DNA from: Candidatus Limnocylindria bacterium
GTDB taxonomy: Bacteria; Chloroflexota; Limnocylindria; P2-11E
Assembly: GCA_050692175.1 (NCBI GenBank)
Contig: JBOGTG010000103.1
Location: 1,363-65,362 of the forward strand
Reading direction: 5' to 3'
Length of the DNA stretch: 64,000 nucleotides
The notes beneath the pieces were generated by a model. The model was not told where the DNA came from and did not search any database. It saw only the letters and a program-made list of their open reading frames with translations. Every line of letters starts with the position of its first letter. Position 1 is the first letter of the stretch. This document shows, piece after piece, positions 18,517-28,151 of this stretch. A program made the position numbers and the translations under genes.

Positions 18517-19206
18517 CTAAGCGCTCTTGGCCACCAGACCTCGGGTGGTCTCCGCGAAGGGGCTCTCGCCGAACCAGCGAGCGAACCCGCGCACGGCAGG
18601 CGCCGACCCTTCCAGTGCGATCGCTCCGCTCCGAAGGGCGGCGCTCAGCGCGATGCGGCCCGCGAACAGCCTGTTGAGGGTCACGAGGTCGGTGGTCACG
18701 ACGATGTCGGGATCGAACCCCGGGTCGGCGGTGCAGACGCTCGGCTCGCGCTCCTCGGACAGGAGCCAGTTCGTCGACGGCCGCGCGCCGCGGAAGTCGA
18801 ACCGAACCAGGAACCGCCCTGGCGGAAGCGCCTCACGGCGGACCTCGCGCACGATCCAGGTAAGGAGCACGCGTGCGTCGAGCTCGCGGCGCACGGGATC
18901 GCGTGAGTAATTCCGCACGGCCCACTCACCGAGCGAGAGCAGCGCGGGCCGGAGGTCCAGTCCGACGTCAGTGAGCCAGTACTCGGGGCGTCCGTCCGCC
19001 GCCCGACGGCGCTCGACGATCCCTTCGCGCTCGAGCGAACGGAGGCGCTGCGACAGGAGCGTGCGGGACATTGTCGGTAGACCGGCCGCGAGCTCGCCGA
19101 ACCGATGCGCGCCCTCCACGAGGTCACGGACGACGAGCAGGGTCCAGCGGTCACCAAGCACCTCCGCCGCCTTCGCGACCGGGCAGTACTGGCCATATGT
19201 CCGCAC
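18517..19206 (-). CDS. HxlR-family transcriptional regulator with a C-terminal SCP2-like extension
   Basis: YCPVAKAAEVLGDRWTLLVVRDL..RFGEL..MSRTLLSQRLRSLEREGIV. Divergent from the acyl-CoA dehydrogenase gene. Confidence 0.85.
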   Translation of the reverse strand: MRTYGQYCPVAKAAEVLGDRWTLLVVRDLVEGAHRFGELAAGLPTMSRTLLSQRLRSLEREGIVERRRAADGRPEYWLTDVGLDLRPALLSLGEWAVRNYSRDPVRRELDARVLLTWIVREVRREALPPGRFLVRFDFRGARPSTNWLLSEEREPSVCTADPGFDPDIVVTTDLVTLNRLFAGRIALSAALRSGAIALEGSAPAVRGFARWFGESPFAETTRGLVAKSA

Positions 19207-19328
19207 GCCGCGAGTCTGCCACGCGCCTCGCCGGCCTGCCGGTCCATTTTCTGTACTTCCGGCGTCGGGGTCGCTCCGCTAGCGTCCTTCGTCGAGTAGG
19301 CTCACCGGCCGCAAGGGAGGTTTGAGGA

Positions 19329-20471
19329 ATGGCTATCGCCACTGAGTCCGCTAGCACCACGAAGGATTGGGTCGCTGTCGCCCGAGAGCTGGCGACCGAC
19401 TTCGGCACTCGCGCAGCCGACCACGACGCCAACGACAGCTTCGTCGCCGAGAACTACCAGGCGCTCCGGGACGCGAAGATCTTCTCGGCGCCGGTGCCGG
19501 CCGAACTCGGCGGAGGCGGCGCGGGGTTCGCGGCGCACTGCGAGATCATCCGAACGATGGCGCGGGGATGCGGCTCGACCGCACTCGCGTACTCGATGCA
19601 CTCGCACCTTCTCCAGGGCCTGGTCTGGCGCTGGCGCCACAACGCGACGCCGCCCGCAGAACCGCTGCTCCGGCGGATCGCCGCGGAAGAGCTCATCCTC
19701 GTCTCCAGCGGCGGATCCGATTGGCTCGACGGCTCGGGGACGCTCACCAAGAAGAACGGCACCTATGTGTTCAACGCTCGCAAGATCTTCGGGAGCGGAT
19801 CGCCGTCCGGTGACCTCCTGCTCACGACCGGCATCTACGACGATCCCCAGAACGGCCCGACGGTGCTGCACTTCGGCGTCAACATGCGCGGGCCCGGCGT
19901 CAAGGTCCTCGACAACTGGCGGACGATGGGCATGCGCGGCACGGGGTCCAACGACATCGTCATTGAGAACATCGAAGTCGCCGATGCCACGGTCTCGGTT
20001 CGCCGCCCGAAGGGCAAGTGGCATCGCTTCTTCGATGTCATCTCCCCGATCGTCTGGCCACTTGTGACGGCCGCGTACCTCGGGGTTGCCGAGTCGGCTC
20101 GCGACATCGCGGTCGCGCAGGTCCAGAAGAAGCGCGACGACCCGATCGTCCAACAGCTCGTCGGCGAGATGGACACCGAGCTCGCGAACGCGAGGATGGT
20201 CTGGGAGCAGCTCGTTGCGGGCGGCGCGGCCGATCGCGAGCCCAGCCTGGCCGCCTCCGACGAGATCTACAAACGGAAGACGATCCTCTCGCGCGCCACG
20301 GTCCGCGCCGTGTACCTAGCGATGGAGGTGACGGGCGGGAGCTCGTTCTTCCGGAGCGTCGGGCTCGAGCGCGCCTTCCGCGACATCCAGGGCGTTCGCT
20401 TCCACCCGATGCACGAGCGGCGTCAGTACGAGTTCAGCGGACGCGTCGCGCTCGGCGTGGACCCGACATAG
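19329..20471 (+). CDS. Acyl-CoA dehydrogenase family protein
   Basis: The 380 aa product has an ACAD-like three-domain pattern (..WRTMGMRGTGSNDIVIENIEV..). GGGAGG SD lies upstream. Confidence 0.88.
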   Translation: MAIATESASTTKDWVAVARELATDFGTRAADHDANDSFVAENYQALRDAKIFSAPVPAELGGGGAGFAAHCEIIRTMARGCGSTALAYSMHSHLLQGLVWRWRHNATPPAEPLLRRIAAEELILVSSGGSDWLDGSGTLTKKNGTYVFNARKIFGSGSPSGDLLLTTGIYDDPQNGPTVLHFGVNMRGPGVKVLDNWRTMGMRGTGSNDIVIENIEVADATVSVRRPKGKWHRFFDVISPIVWPLVTAAYLGVAESARDIAVAQVQKKRDDPIVQQLVGEMDTELANARMVWEQLVAGGAADREPSLAASDEIYKRKTILSRATVRAVYLAMEVTGGSSFFRSVGLERAFRDIQGVRFHPMHERRQYEFSGRVALGVDPT

Positions 20472-20491
20472 CCAGCGCGTAGGATCGCCGC

Positions 20492-21814
20492 GTGCCCGAC
20501 ACGCGTTACGCGCGCGCCGGCGAAGACCACATCGCCTATCAGACAGTGGGCGACGGTCCGCGCGACATCATCTTCATGTCTGCGTGGTTCAGCCACGTTG
20601 ATGGCCGCTGGGAAGAGCCGCGCTTCGCTGCGATGCTGCGCCGTCTCGCAGCCATGGGCCGACTCATCGTCTTCGACAAGCGAGGATCGGGCGCATCGGA
20701 TCCGTTGGCCGCGCCCGAACCGACCTGGGAGGACTGGGCGGACGACATCCGCGCCGTTCTGGACGCCGCCGGTTCGGAGCGCGCCACCGTCGTGGGTGTC
20801 GGCGATAGCGGCCCGCTTGCCATCCTCTTCGCAGCGACGCAGCCGCAGCGAGTGACCTCGCTCGTCCTGATCAATACGGGCGCGCGGCTCGTACAGGGCC
20901 CTGACTATCCCTGGGGTCTTCGAGCCGATGAGGTGCAGGACTTCCTGCGCCGGACGCGGGAGACCTGGGGGACCGGCGGCATCGTCGATGTCTTCAGCCC
21001 CTCGGGCGCTTCCGATCAGCGCTATTCCCAGTGGTGGGCACGTTATCAACGGATGGGCGCGAGCCCCGGTCGCAGCACCGCGATGGCCAGGCTGGTCTTC
21101 GCGGTGGACGTCCGCAACGTGCTCTCGACGCTGCATGTTCCGACGCTCGTGATCCATCGCAAGGAGTTCCGCTTCTTCCCTGTCGAGCTTGGCCGATATC
21201 TCGGCGAGCACATCGCCGGCGCGAAGTACGTCGAGGTCCCGGGCGCCGACGGCTTCGTCTACCTGGGGGATTCCGACTCGATCCTGAGCGAGGTGGAGGA
21301 GTTCGTCACCGGCACGCGGCGGGCGCCGGACACCGATCGCGTCCTGGCAACGGTGCTGCTGACGGACATGGTGGGGTCGACCGACCTGGCGGCGCGCCTT
21401 GGCGACCATCGCTGGCGCGCCGTCCTGGACACGCACGACGAGATCGTCCGCGGCCAGCTCGAACAATTTCGCGGCCGCCTCCACAGGGCGACTGGTGACG
21501 GGGTCCTTGCCAGCTTCGACGGGCCGGCCCGCGGCGTCCGGTGCGCGCAAGCGCTGCGCGATTTGTTGCACGACGCTGGTATCGACATACGGTCGGGCCT
21601 CCACGCCGGGGAGATCGAGCTGCGCGGGACCGAGATCGGCGGTATCGCCGTCCACATCGCCGCGCGGATCAGCGCGGAGGCGAGCTCGGGCGAGATCCTC
21701 TGTTCCAGTACGGTGAAAGACCTCGTGACAGGCTCGGACCTCGCGTTCGTCGATCGGGGTCGCCGGCAGCTCAAGGGCGTGCCGGAGGAATGGCAGATCT
21801 ACGCGGTGGAGTGA
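20492..21814 (+). CDS. Alpha/beta-hydrolase - class III adenylate/guanylate cyclase fusion
   Basis: The N-terminal hydrolase fold (..VVGVGDSGP..) is followed by a C-terminal cyclase domain (VLLTDMVGST..ATGDGVLASFDG..GLHAGE..GIAVHIAARI). Confidence 0.88.
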   Translation: MPDTRYARAGEDHIAYQTVGDGPRDIIFMSAWFSHVDGRWEEPRFAAMLRRLAAMGRLIVFDKRGSGASDPLAAPEPTWEDWADDIRAVLDAAGSERATVVGVGDSGPLAILFAATQPQRVTSLVLINTGARLVQGPDYPWGLRADEVQDFLRRTRETWGTGGIVDVFSPSGASDQRYSQWWARYQRMGASPGRSTAMARLVFAVDVRNVLSTLHVPTLVIHRKEFRFFPVELGRYLGEHIAGAKYVEVPGADGFVYLGDSDSILSEVEEFVTGTRRAPDTDRVLATVLLTDMVGSTDLAARLGDHRWRAVLDTHDEIVRGQLEQFRGRLHRATGDGVLASFDGPARGVRCAQALRDLLHDAGIDIRSGLHAGEIELRGTEIGGIAVHIAARISAEASSGEILCSSTVKDLVTGSDLAFVDRGRRQLKGVPEEWQIYAVE

Positions 21815-21822
21815 AACTGGAG

Positions 21823-22776
21823 CTAGCGAGCCTCCGAGGGCGTGACCGTCGCGTGGCGCAGCTCTCCGAAGCGCACGTACGTCAACTCCACAGATCGGCC
21901 GATCCGATCCGCGCCGAGGCTTCGCTGAAGGTCCGAGAGCGTCGCGACCGGCGCACCGTCGAGACTGACGATGAGGTCGCGCGCTTCGAGCCCGGCTCGC
22001 GCTGCGGGTCCGCCCGCGACCACGTCGAGAACGCGAATACCCGAGGGGTTGGTGATCCCAAGCTCGTTCGCGAGCTGGCGGCCGATCGGGGTCGCGGCGC
22101 CGCCGATCCCGAGGTATGCCCGGCGGACCCGGCCGTCTCGGATGAGCATGCCTGCCACCATGCGCGCGGTCGCCGCTGGGATCGCGAAGCAGATCCCCTG
22201 AGCCGTGGGGATGATCGCCGTGTTGATGCCAACCACCTTCGCCTGCGTGTCGACGAGCGGACCGCCCGAGTTTCCGGGGTTGAGCGCAGCATCGGTCTGG
22301 ATGACGTTCTCGATGAGCCGGCCGTCGCGCGCGCTGAGCGATCGGCCGAGCGCGCTCACGACACCGGTCGTGACCGTCGAGTGGAAGCCGAGCGGATCGC
22401 CGATCGCGATGACGAGCTGTCCGACCCGCAATGAGTCAGTCTCGGCGAGCTCGGCGGCCGGGAGGCCCGAGCCGAGGATGCGGATGACGGCGAGGTCCGT
22501 CGCGCTGTCGAAGCCGACGACCGCCGCGGTGAGTTCGGCGCCAGAGTGCAAAGTGACCGCGACCTCGCGTGCCCCATCGACCACATGCGCGTTCGTCAGC
22601 GCGTAGCCATCGGGCGCGACGATCACGCCGCTACCGCCGCTCCGGCCGCGGCGAACGTTGACGACGCTTTGGGAGACCCGCTCGACCACGCGGATGACGG
22701 CCTGCGAGTACGCGTCGAGAAGCGCGCTCGCTGGTTCGGCCTCGGTTCGGAGCGTGTCGCGGACTTCGGTCGCCAC
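21823..22776 (-). CDS. HtrA/DegP-like S1C serine protease with a PDZ domain
   Basis: TNAHVV, DLAV and GNSGGPL catalytic triad contexts are present, with a C-terminal PDZ (GIRVLDVVAGGPAARAGL). The GTG start at 22776 overlaps the upstream TAG by 1 nt. Confidence 0.85.
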   Translation of the reverse strand: MATEVRDTLRTEAEPASALLDAYSQAVIRVVERVSQSVVNVRRGRSGGSGVIVAPDGYALTNAHVVDGAREVAVTLHSGAELTAAVVGFDSATDLAVIRILGSGLPAAELAETDSLRVGQLVIAIGDPLGFHSTVTTGVVSALGRSLSARDGRLIENVIQTDAALNPGNSGGPLVDTQAKVVGINTAIIPTAQGICFAIPAATARMVAGMLIRDGRVRRAYLGIGGAATPIGRQLANELGITNPSGIRVLDVVAGGPAARAGLEARDLIVSLDGAPVATLSDLQRSLGADRIGRSVELTYVRFGELRHATVTPSEAR

Positions 22777-23282
22777 TAGTTGAGCGGTCCCTGCTGTCGC
22801 ACGTCTCCCACCTTTGAGAGCGCGTCCTTCAGCTCGCTGATCCACGAGGACTCGTTCTTGGCGACGAGACGCACGCACCACGCGAGCGCGTGCGAGCGAC
22901 TCCGGGCGACGCCGGAACGAACCAGGGTGTCGAGCAGCTCGCGCTCCGGCAGCCGGAGACGCGTCATCACCGGTACGGCCAGATGCGTGAAGAGCGCGGT
23001 CTGGTCGCCGACCTTCGCGCCCCACGCCAGGTTCTTTCCGAATCGCTGCCGAGCTTCGTCCGCGATCTTGATCCGCTCGTCCCGCGTTCCCTCGCGAAAC
23101 CGCTGGATCGCGCCCTCCCGGGCAGCCTTCAGTGCGTCCCCGCCGCCCGCCGCCTGGACGTCCGGCAGCGTCCCGATAACCCAGATCTCGTCCTCATCCA
23201 TGCGGATCTCGGGCGCTCCGGCGAACCATTCCTTGGGGAGCCGCCCTGTCAGCCAGCCTTTGACCTCATCTGCTGTTGCCAC
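22776..23282 (-). CDS. Hypothetical protein with a C-terminal ribbon-helix-helix-like segment
   Basis: 168 aa. The C-terminus VMTRLRLPERELLDTLVRSGVARSRSHALAWCVRLV resembles CopG/Arc RHH. The gene is coupled to the protease gene. Confidence 0.5.
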   Translation of the reverse strand: MATADEVKGWLTGRLPKEWFAGAPEIRMDEDEIWVIGTLPDVQAAGGGDALKAAREGAIQRFREGTRDERIKIADEARQRFGKNLAWGAKVGDQTALFTHLAVPVMTRLRLPERELLDTLVRSGVARSRSHALAWCVRLVAKNESSWISELKDALSKVGDVRQQGPLN

Positions 23283-23398
23283 CTCAGCCTCCTGTGTTTC
23301 GCTATCAGAAAATATGTAATATCGTTTGCACTTACCGTCAAGCCCCAGATTCCACCTATTTCAGTGCACTGAGGGCCCGGACAGGCAGTTCCCGTAGG

Positions 23399-24568
23399 GT
23401 GCGGGGCGTGCGGGCGACAGGCGTTGCGCTGGCCAGCGTGGGTGCGATCGCCTTCGGCTTCACCTACGCCGACCAGGCCGCTCTACTCCCCCTTCTCAAC
23501 GCGGAGCTCGGGCTCACCGACGTTCAGGCCGGCCTCCTCTCGACCGCTCTCTTCGTGGCCTATTTCGTTGCGACGCTCTTCACGAGCGGGCTCCCCGACC
23601 GACTCGGGCCGAAGCGCGTGATCGCTGCCGGGCTTGTCGCCGCAGCGATCGGGACCGCGCTGTTCGCGACCGGACCGAGCTTTTCGGTCCTGCTCCTCGC
23701 GAAAGCGATCCAGGGGTTCGGTTCCGCGCTCGCATTCGTGGCATCGACGCGCTTTATCGCCGGGCTGTACGGCGAGGCCCAGCCGCATTTCGGTCTTGGG
23801 CTCTACGGCGGCGGATTTCCGCTCGGTTCGGCCTTCGCGTTGCTGTCGACTCCGAGCATGGCCGAAAGACTCGGCGGGTGGCGCGGATCGTTCGCGGCGG
23901 AAGCGGCCGGGCTCGCGGTGATCTTCGTGCTCTGGGTCATCTTCGCGCCATCGGTGCCGGCCGTTCGCCGGGTCGGCAGCATGATCGATGCGCTCCGCAG
24001 CCCTAACGTCTGGCTCCTGAGCCTGCAGCACGCGGCGGGATTCGGGATGGCGCTCGCGGCCGGCTCGTGGATCACGGTGTACCTCCTTCGCGAGTTCGCG
24101 CTGCCGCTCACCCTCTCGGGGGTTCTCGGGTCGCTCCTTCTACTTCTTGCTTTCCTCACGCGGCCGCTCGGCGGCCTCCTCGTCACGAGACAGCTCGGCA
24201 CCAAAGCGGTCATGCGCACCGGCGATCTCGCGGTCGTCCTCGGCGTCGCGCTTCTCGCGGTCCCCGGTCGCCCTCTCCTCGTGGCTCTCGCGGGCGCGGT
24301 GGTGCTCGGCATCGGCGTGGGCCTCCCCTACGCCGCGGTGTTCAACACCGCGGCTGCTTCGCTTCCGCCCGCGCCCGGCGCGGCCCAGGGCCTCGCGGCG
24401 ATCGGCGGCACCGCCGGGGTGATGATCGGTGCGCCGGTCATGGGCTTCGCGGTGCAGACGTGGGGGTTCGGGGCCGCATGGCTCGTCGTCGCCTTCGTCG
24501 GGCTCTGCGCCCTCGTCGGCACGCTACCGATGCTCGGCGAGGAGGAGCTCAGTCCGTCGCGCGCCTAG
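23399..24568 (+). CDS. MFS transporter
   Basis: About 12 hydrophobic segments. The start is moved to GTG 23399, because 23283-23398 is AT-richer and looks like a divergent promoter. Confidence 0.8.
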   Translation: MRGVRATGVALASVGAIAFGFTYADQAALLPLLNAELGLTDVQAGLLSTALFVAYFVATLFTSGLPDRLGPKRVIAAGLVAAAIGTALFATGPSFSVLLLAKAIQGFGSALAFVASTRFIAGLYGEAQPHFGLGLYGGGFPLGSAFALLSTPSMAERLGGWRGSFAAEAAGLAVIFVLWVIFAPSVPAVRRVGSMIDALRSPNVWLLSLQHAAGFGMALAAGSWITVYLLREFALPLTLSGVLGSLLLLLAFLTRPLGGLLVTRQLGTKAVMRTGDLAVVLGVALLAVPGRPLLVALAGAVVLGIGVGLPYAAVFNTAAASLPPAPGAAQGLAAIGGTAGVMIGAPVMGFAVQTWGFGAAWLVVAFVGLCALVGTLPMLGEEELSPSRA

Positions 24569-24580
24569 GCAGCCGCCCGC

Positions 24581-25045
24581 TTGTGTCCGCGGCGCAACCA
24601 GGCGATGCCGGCAGGAAATCTCCTTTGCGCGGCGCCGAAACCCGGGAATGACGCCTTCGTCATGCGTCCTGGCGCCTCGCGGTCCATGCTGATCGCGTTG
24701 CCACGCAATCGAATTCCGCGCAGTCAACGCGTGGCTCCTCTTAGCGTTGCCGATCTTCAGATCGACGCTCTTCAGCCGCGCATCAGTCAGGGGACGCGCG
24801 AGCTCAAGCTCTCTCCGGGCGAGCACGTCATCCTCTACACGCTTGCGGCGAGAGTCGGTGCCGTGGTGGCCTACCGCGAGATTGCGTACGCCCTGGGGCC
24901 TCCCGATGGAGAGGTCCGCAACAACACGCTCGCGCGCCAAATCAGTAGCCTGCGCCGCAAGCTCCGAGACGATGCGGACCATCCCCGCTACATCGAGACT
25001 GTCCGTGGGATCGGCTATCGCTTGCTGGCCGGGCGCGAGACCTGA
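24581..25045 (+). CDS. Stand-alone OmpR/PhoB-type winged-helix DNA-binding domain protein (no receiver domain)
   Basis: LSVADLQIDALQPRISQGTRELKLSPGEHVILYTL..REI..RQISSLRRKL..IETVRGIGYRL. The start is uncertain. Confidence 0.6.
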   Translation: MCPRRNQAMPAGNLLCAAPKPGNDAFVMRPGASRSMLIALPRNRIPRSQRVAPLSVADLQIDALQPRISQGTRELKLSPGEHVILYTLAARVGAVVAYREIAYALGPPDGEVRNNTLARQISSLRRKLRDDADHPRYIETVRGIGYRLLAGRET

Positions 25046-25115
25046 GCGACACGCTCCACGCGCGGTAGACCGATCCGATGACCAATGCGTCATGGCAGGT
25101 GCAGGCCGATCACGC

Positions 25116-25505
25116 ATGCTCCATCGAAGAGTCATGCCAAACGACATTCCGAGACCAATCGATCCCGTCGCCGTCATGACGGCCGAGCAGCAGATGCTGA
25201 CGCCTCGCAACGAGAAGCGGATGCGCGCTCTGCTCGAGGCTCTCTGCGACCCCGCCCGCATCAAGATCGTGCGTGCCCTGCGCGACACAACGCTCGCGGC
25301 AAGTGACCTCGCCCACGTCATCGGCCGCAACCGTTCCGCGACAAGCCAGCACCTCAGAGTCCTGCGGGAACTCGGGGCGATCGTCGCGAGCCGCAAGGGC
25401 AACGTCGTCCGGTACACGCTCTCGACCGATATGTCCGGCTCGATCATCGAAGAGGCCGCGTCCGTCTTCGACCGGCTGCAGCCCGAGACCGCGTCCGCCA
25501 CGTAG
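25116..25505 (+). CDS. ArsR/SmtB-family transcriptional regulator
   Basis: LLEALCDPARIKIVRAL..LAASDLAHVIGRNRSATSQHLRVLRELGAIV. Alternative starts lie at 25134 and 25176. Confidence 0.8.
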   Translation: MLHRRVMPNDIPRPIDPVAVMTAEQQMLTPRNEKRMRALLEALCDPARIKIVRALRDTTLAASDLAHVIGRNRSATSQHLRVLRELGAIVASRKGNVVRYTLSTDMSGSIIEEAASVFDRLQPETASAT

Positions 25506-25603
25506 TCCTCGGGCGGGGCCCTCGCGCGCGCATCCGAGCGCGTCCCCTGGTCTGGTCCTCGTGTCGGCTTGACGGAGGTGGCACCGCGCCCGAGTGTCGG
25601 CCC

Positions 25604-26074
25604 GTGCGGCTCGGCTTGATCGCGCTCGGGGTCCTCGCGCTCGTGATCATCGGGTCGTCGGATGCCTTCGAAAGCACACGCCAGCTTGGCGATCTCTCCG
25701 AGCGCAGCCGGCCGATGCTGACGCCCGCCGGCGCAACGCTCAGCGTCGTCAGCTTCGCGCTTTCGACCGCGGTCTACATCGCGCTCGGGATTGCGCTGGC
25801 GCGATCGCTGTCGACCGAGCGGGCTGCGGTGATCAGCGGGCTGGCCACGGGTCTTGCTGCGGGACTGATCGGAGGAACGATCCGCGCTGTGGCCGCGAGC
25901 GACTACGTCGGCAGGACTGTTAGTCGCTACGGGCTGGGGATGGAATTCCTGGTCGCCGTCCTCGCCGTGTTCGTCCTCGTCTCGATGCTCGTGAGCGCCG
26001 CGGGTGGCGCCACGATTACTTGGCTGAGCTTCCGGGGTGTTCCTCGGCGTCCGATGCCGCGACCTCCGAGCTGA
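25604..26074 (+). CDS. Hypothetical membrane protein (4 TM)
   Basis: Hydrophobic segments only. The 3' end converges on and overlaps the HD-GYP gene by about 59 nt. Confidence 0.45.
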   Translation: MRLGLIALGVLALVIIGSSDAFESTRQLGDLSERSRPMLTPAGATLSVVSFALSTAVYIALGIALARSLSTERAAVISGLATGLAAGLIGGTIRAVAASDYVGRTVSRYGLGMEFLVAVLAVFVLVSMLVSAAGGATITWLSFRGVPRRPMPRPPS

Positions 26075-27002
26075 TCCGCTCGAGCACGCCTTCTTTGGCG
26101 AGGGCGACGAAGCCGGCGACGATCGCGGGATCGAAACGCTCCCCCGCCCCCGACTCGATGGCTCTGAGACCGGCCTCGGCCGACCAGGCGTCCTTGTATG
26201 GACGCTTCGAGGTGAGCGCGTCGAATACGTCAGCGACGGAAACGATCCTCGCTGCGAGCGAGATCTCGTCGCCCTTCTTTCCGTCCGGGTAGCCCTTTCC
26301 GTCCCAGCGCTCGTGGTGCTCGCGCGCGATGGCGCGCGCGGTCTCGAAGAACCGCGCGGTGCCGAGCATCTTCTCGCCGTCGATGCAGTGCTGCTTGATC
26401 ACGCTGAACTCGTCGTCCGACAGGTGGTGCTCGCTCTGAAGGATGTGGTCGGGCGTGTGGATCTTGCCGACGTCGTGCATGACGCTGGAGTAGCCGAACT
26501 CCTCGACCAGCCCGGAGGGCAGATCCAGCCGCTCGGCGATCGCCTCGACATACCGGCGCACCCGCTGGAGGTGCGTACCGGTGGTGCGGTCCTTGATCGT
26601 CGCGGCGAGCAGCAGGTGGCTGATGCCCTGCAGCCCGGTGCGCCGTAGCTCGTCGTTGGCGACTCGCTCCTGCTCCAGAGCGCGCTCCAGCTCCTGACGG
26701 CGCTCGCGCTCGCTGCGAAGCATCCCGGCGAGGTCCTCCGCGTAGCGCGTCGCCTGCTTCTCCATGAGCGTCATCTGCTTGAGCTGGGACTCGAACTCCT
26801 TGCGGACGCCCTGCTCGCGCTCGTAGACCTTCGCGAAGTCCAGGGCCATGCGCATCGCCTGCGAGTTGGCCATGTCGGCCACGCGGACGGCCTGATGGAG
26901 AAGCTGACGGAAGACGTCGGCGCCGGGTGTCTGCGGAACCTCCGCCTCGCGCGGGGACACGTCGACCGTCTCGACCATGTCCTTGGTGTCGTCGTCACTC
27001 AT
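26016..27002 (-). CDS. HD-GYP domain protein (RpfG-like c-di-GMP phosphodiesterase) with a coiled-coil N-terminus
   Basis: HLQRVRRY, VMHDVGKIHTP and EHHERWDGKGYPDG motifs are intact. Confidence 0.85.
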   Translation of the reverse strand: MSDDDTKDMVETVDVSPREAEVPQTPGADVFRQLLHQAVRVADMANSQAMRMALDFAKVYEREQGVRKEFESQLKQMTLMEKQATRYAEDLAGMLRSERERRQELERALEQERVANDELRRTGLQGISHLLLAATIKDRTTGTHLQRVRRYVEAIAERLDLPSGLVEEFGYSSVMHDVGKIHTPDHILQSEHHLSDDEFSVIKQHCIDGEKMLGTARFFETARAIAREHHERWDGKGYPDGKKGDEISLAARIVSVADVFDALTSKRPYKDAWSAEAGLRAIESGAGERFDPAIVAGFVALAKEGVLERISSEVAASDAEEHPGSSAK

Positions 27003-27011
27003 CGCTTGGCC

Positions 27012-27383
27012 TTAGCTGTGCGCCAGGATTCCGCGGATCGTGTCGATGAGCTCGAGCGGTCCGAACGGCTTCGTGAGGTACTGCGTCGCGCCGGCGGCGA
27101 ATCCGATCGCGCGGTCGCTGTCGCTCTCGTGCGCGGTGAGCATCACGACGGGAATGTCCTTGGTGGCTTCGTCGGCTTTGATCTGGCGGCACACGTCGAA
27201 GCCGTTGGGGCCCGGGCCCATGTCAACGTCCAGAAGGACGAGATCGGGCTTCTCCGAGCGGACGAGCTCGAGCGCCTCATTGCCGTTCTTCGCCTCGACG
27301 ATCGTCCATCCCTGAGTGGACAGGGTGATCCGGACCATCTGACGGATGGGCACGAGATCGTCGGCCACGAGCAGTTTCGCCAT
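27012..27383 (-). CDS. Single-domain CheY-like response regulator
   Basis: 123 aa. LVADD..DLVLLDVDM..VVMLTA..TKPF. Confidence 0.88.
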   Translation of the reverse strand: MAKLLVADDLVPIRQMVRITLSTQGWTIVEAKNGNEALELVRSEKPDLVLLDVDMGPGPNGFDVCRQIKADEATKDIPVVMLTAHESDSDRAIGFAAGATQYLTKPFGPLELIDTIRGILAHS

Positions 27384-27446
27384 TTCTTGCGCCTCCGATG
27401 CTAGCGGCGGGTCATAGGTGTTGACCTACACCCGAAAGGGCTGGAT

Positions 27447-28151
27447 TCATGACCGTTCGGGGGAGGGACCCGATCCCCCGCGCGGGGGACCCACGCGGTC
27501 GCGGGTCCACGACTCGAGGGTGACGAGCCCGAGGCGCGCAGCCTCGGCGACGGCCTCGAGACGAGAGTGCGCGCCGAGCTTTCGCAGCACGGCCTGCACG
27601 TGCGCGCGGAGCGTCGCGGTCGATATGCCGAGCGACTCCGCCGCGGCGGTCGTGCTCGTGCCGCTCGCGAGGAGCCTCAGCACCTCGAGCTCCCGGCCGG
27701 TGAGGGGCTCGACGATCTTGCGCGAGGACGCGCTCTCGAGCAGGAGGCGCTGCAGCTCGCTCGGCGCGAACAGGATCTCGCCCGATGCGGCGGCGCGGAC
27801 ACTGTCGACGACCTCGTTCAGCCCACGCCCCTTGGTCATGTGGCCGACCGCCCCGGACCGCGCGACGTCGTTCAGCGTCACGGCGGACGGGTCCGCCGTT
27901 AGGACGAGCACCGACGTCTCAGGGAGCGACCCGCGCACGGCGCGCGCGAGATCGGCCCCGGTACCGTCGGGCAGGTGGTAGTCGGCGATCACGACGTCCG
28001 GACGGTGCTCGTTGAGGGCAGCGATCGCGGACTTCAGGTCGTGCACGACCGCAAGCACCTCGATGCCGTCGGCCGCGCGCAGCGCCACACGCATGAGCTC
28101 GGCAAAGAGCCGCTCGTCGTCGACGATGACGACGCGGATGACATCGGCCAT
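27447..28151 (-). CDS. NarL/LuxR-family response regulator
   Basis: A receiver domain (VVIVDDE..DVVIADYHLPDGTG) is followed by a LuxR HTH (LTGRELEVLRLLASG..ESLGISTATLRAHV). Confidence 0.9.
   Translation of the reverse strand: MADVIRVVIVDDERLFAELMRVALRAADGIEVLAVVHDLKSAIAALNEHRPDVVIADYHLPDGTGADLARAVRGSLPETSVLVLTADPSAVTLNDVARSGAVGHMTKGRGLNEVVDSVRAAASGEILFAPSELQRLLLESASSRKIVEPLTGRELEVLRLLASGTSTTAAAESLGISTATLRAHVQAVLRKLGAHSRLEAVAEAARLGLVTLESWTRDRVGPPRGGSGPSPERS

Noticed and set aside
25604-26074. 59-nt convergent overlap between the membrane-protein ORF and the HD-GYP gene as a possible antisense regulatory arrangement
   Set aside because: The tail of the membrane ORF (..RGVPRRPMPRPPS) looks like read-through into non-coding or shadow sequence. 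The overlap is more likely an over-extended ORF call.
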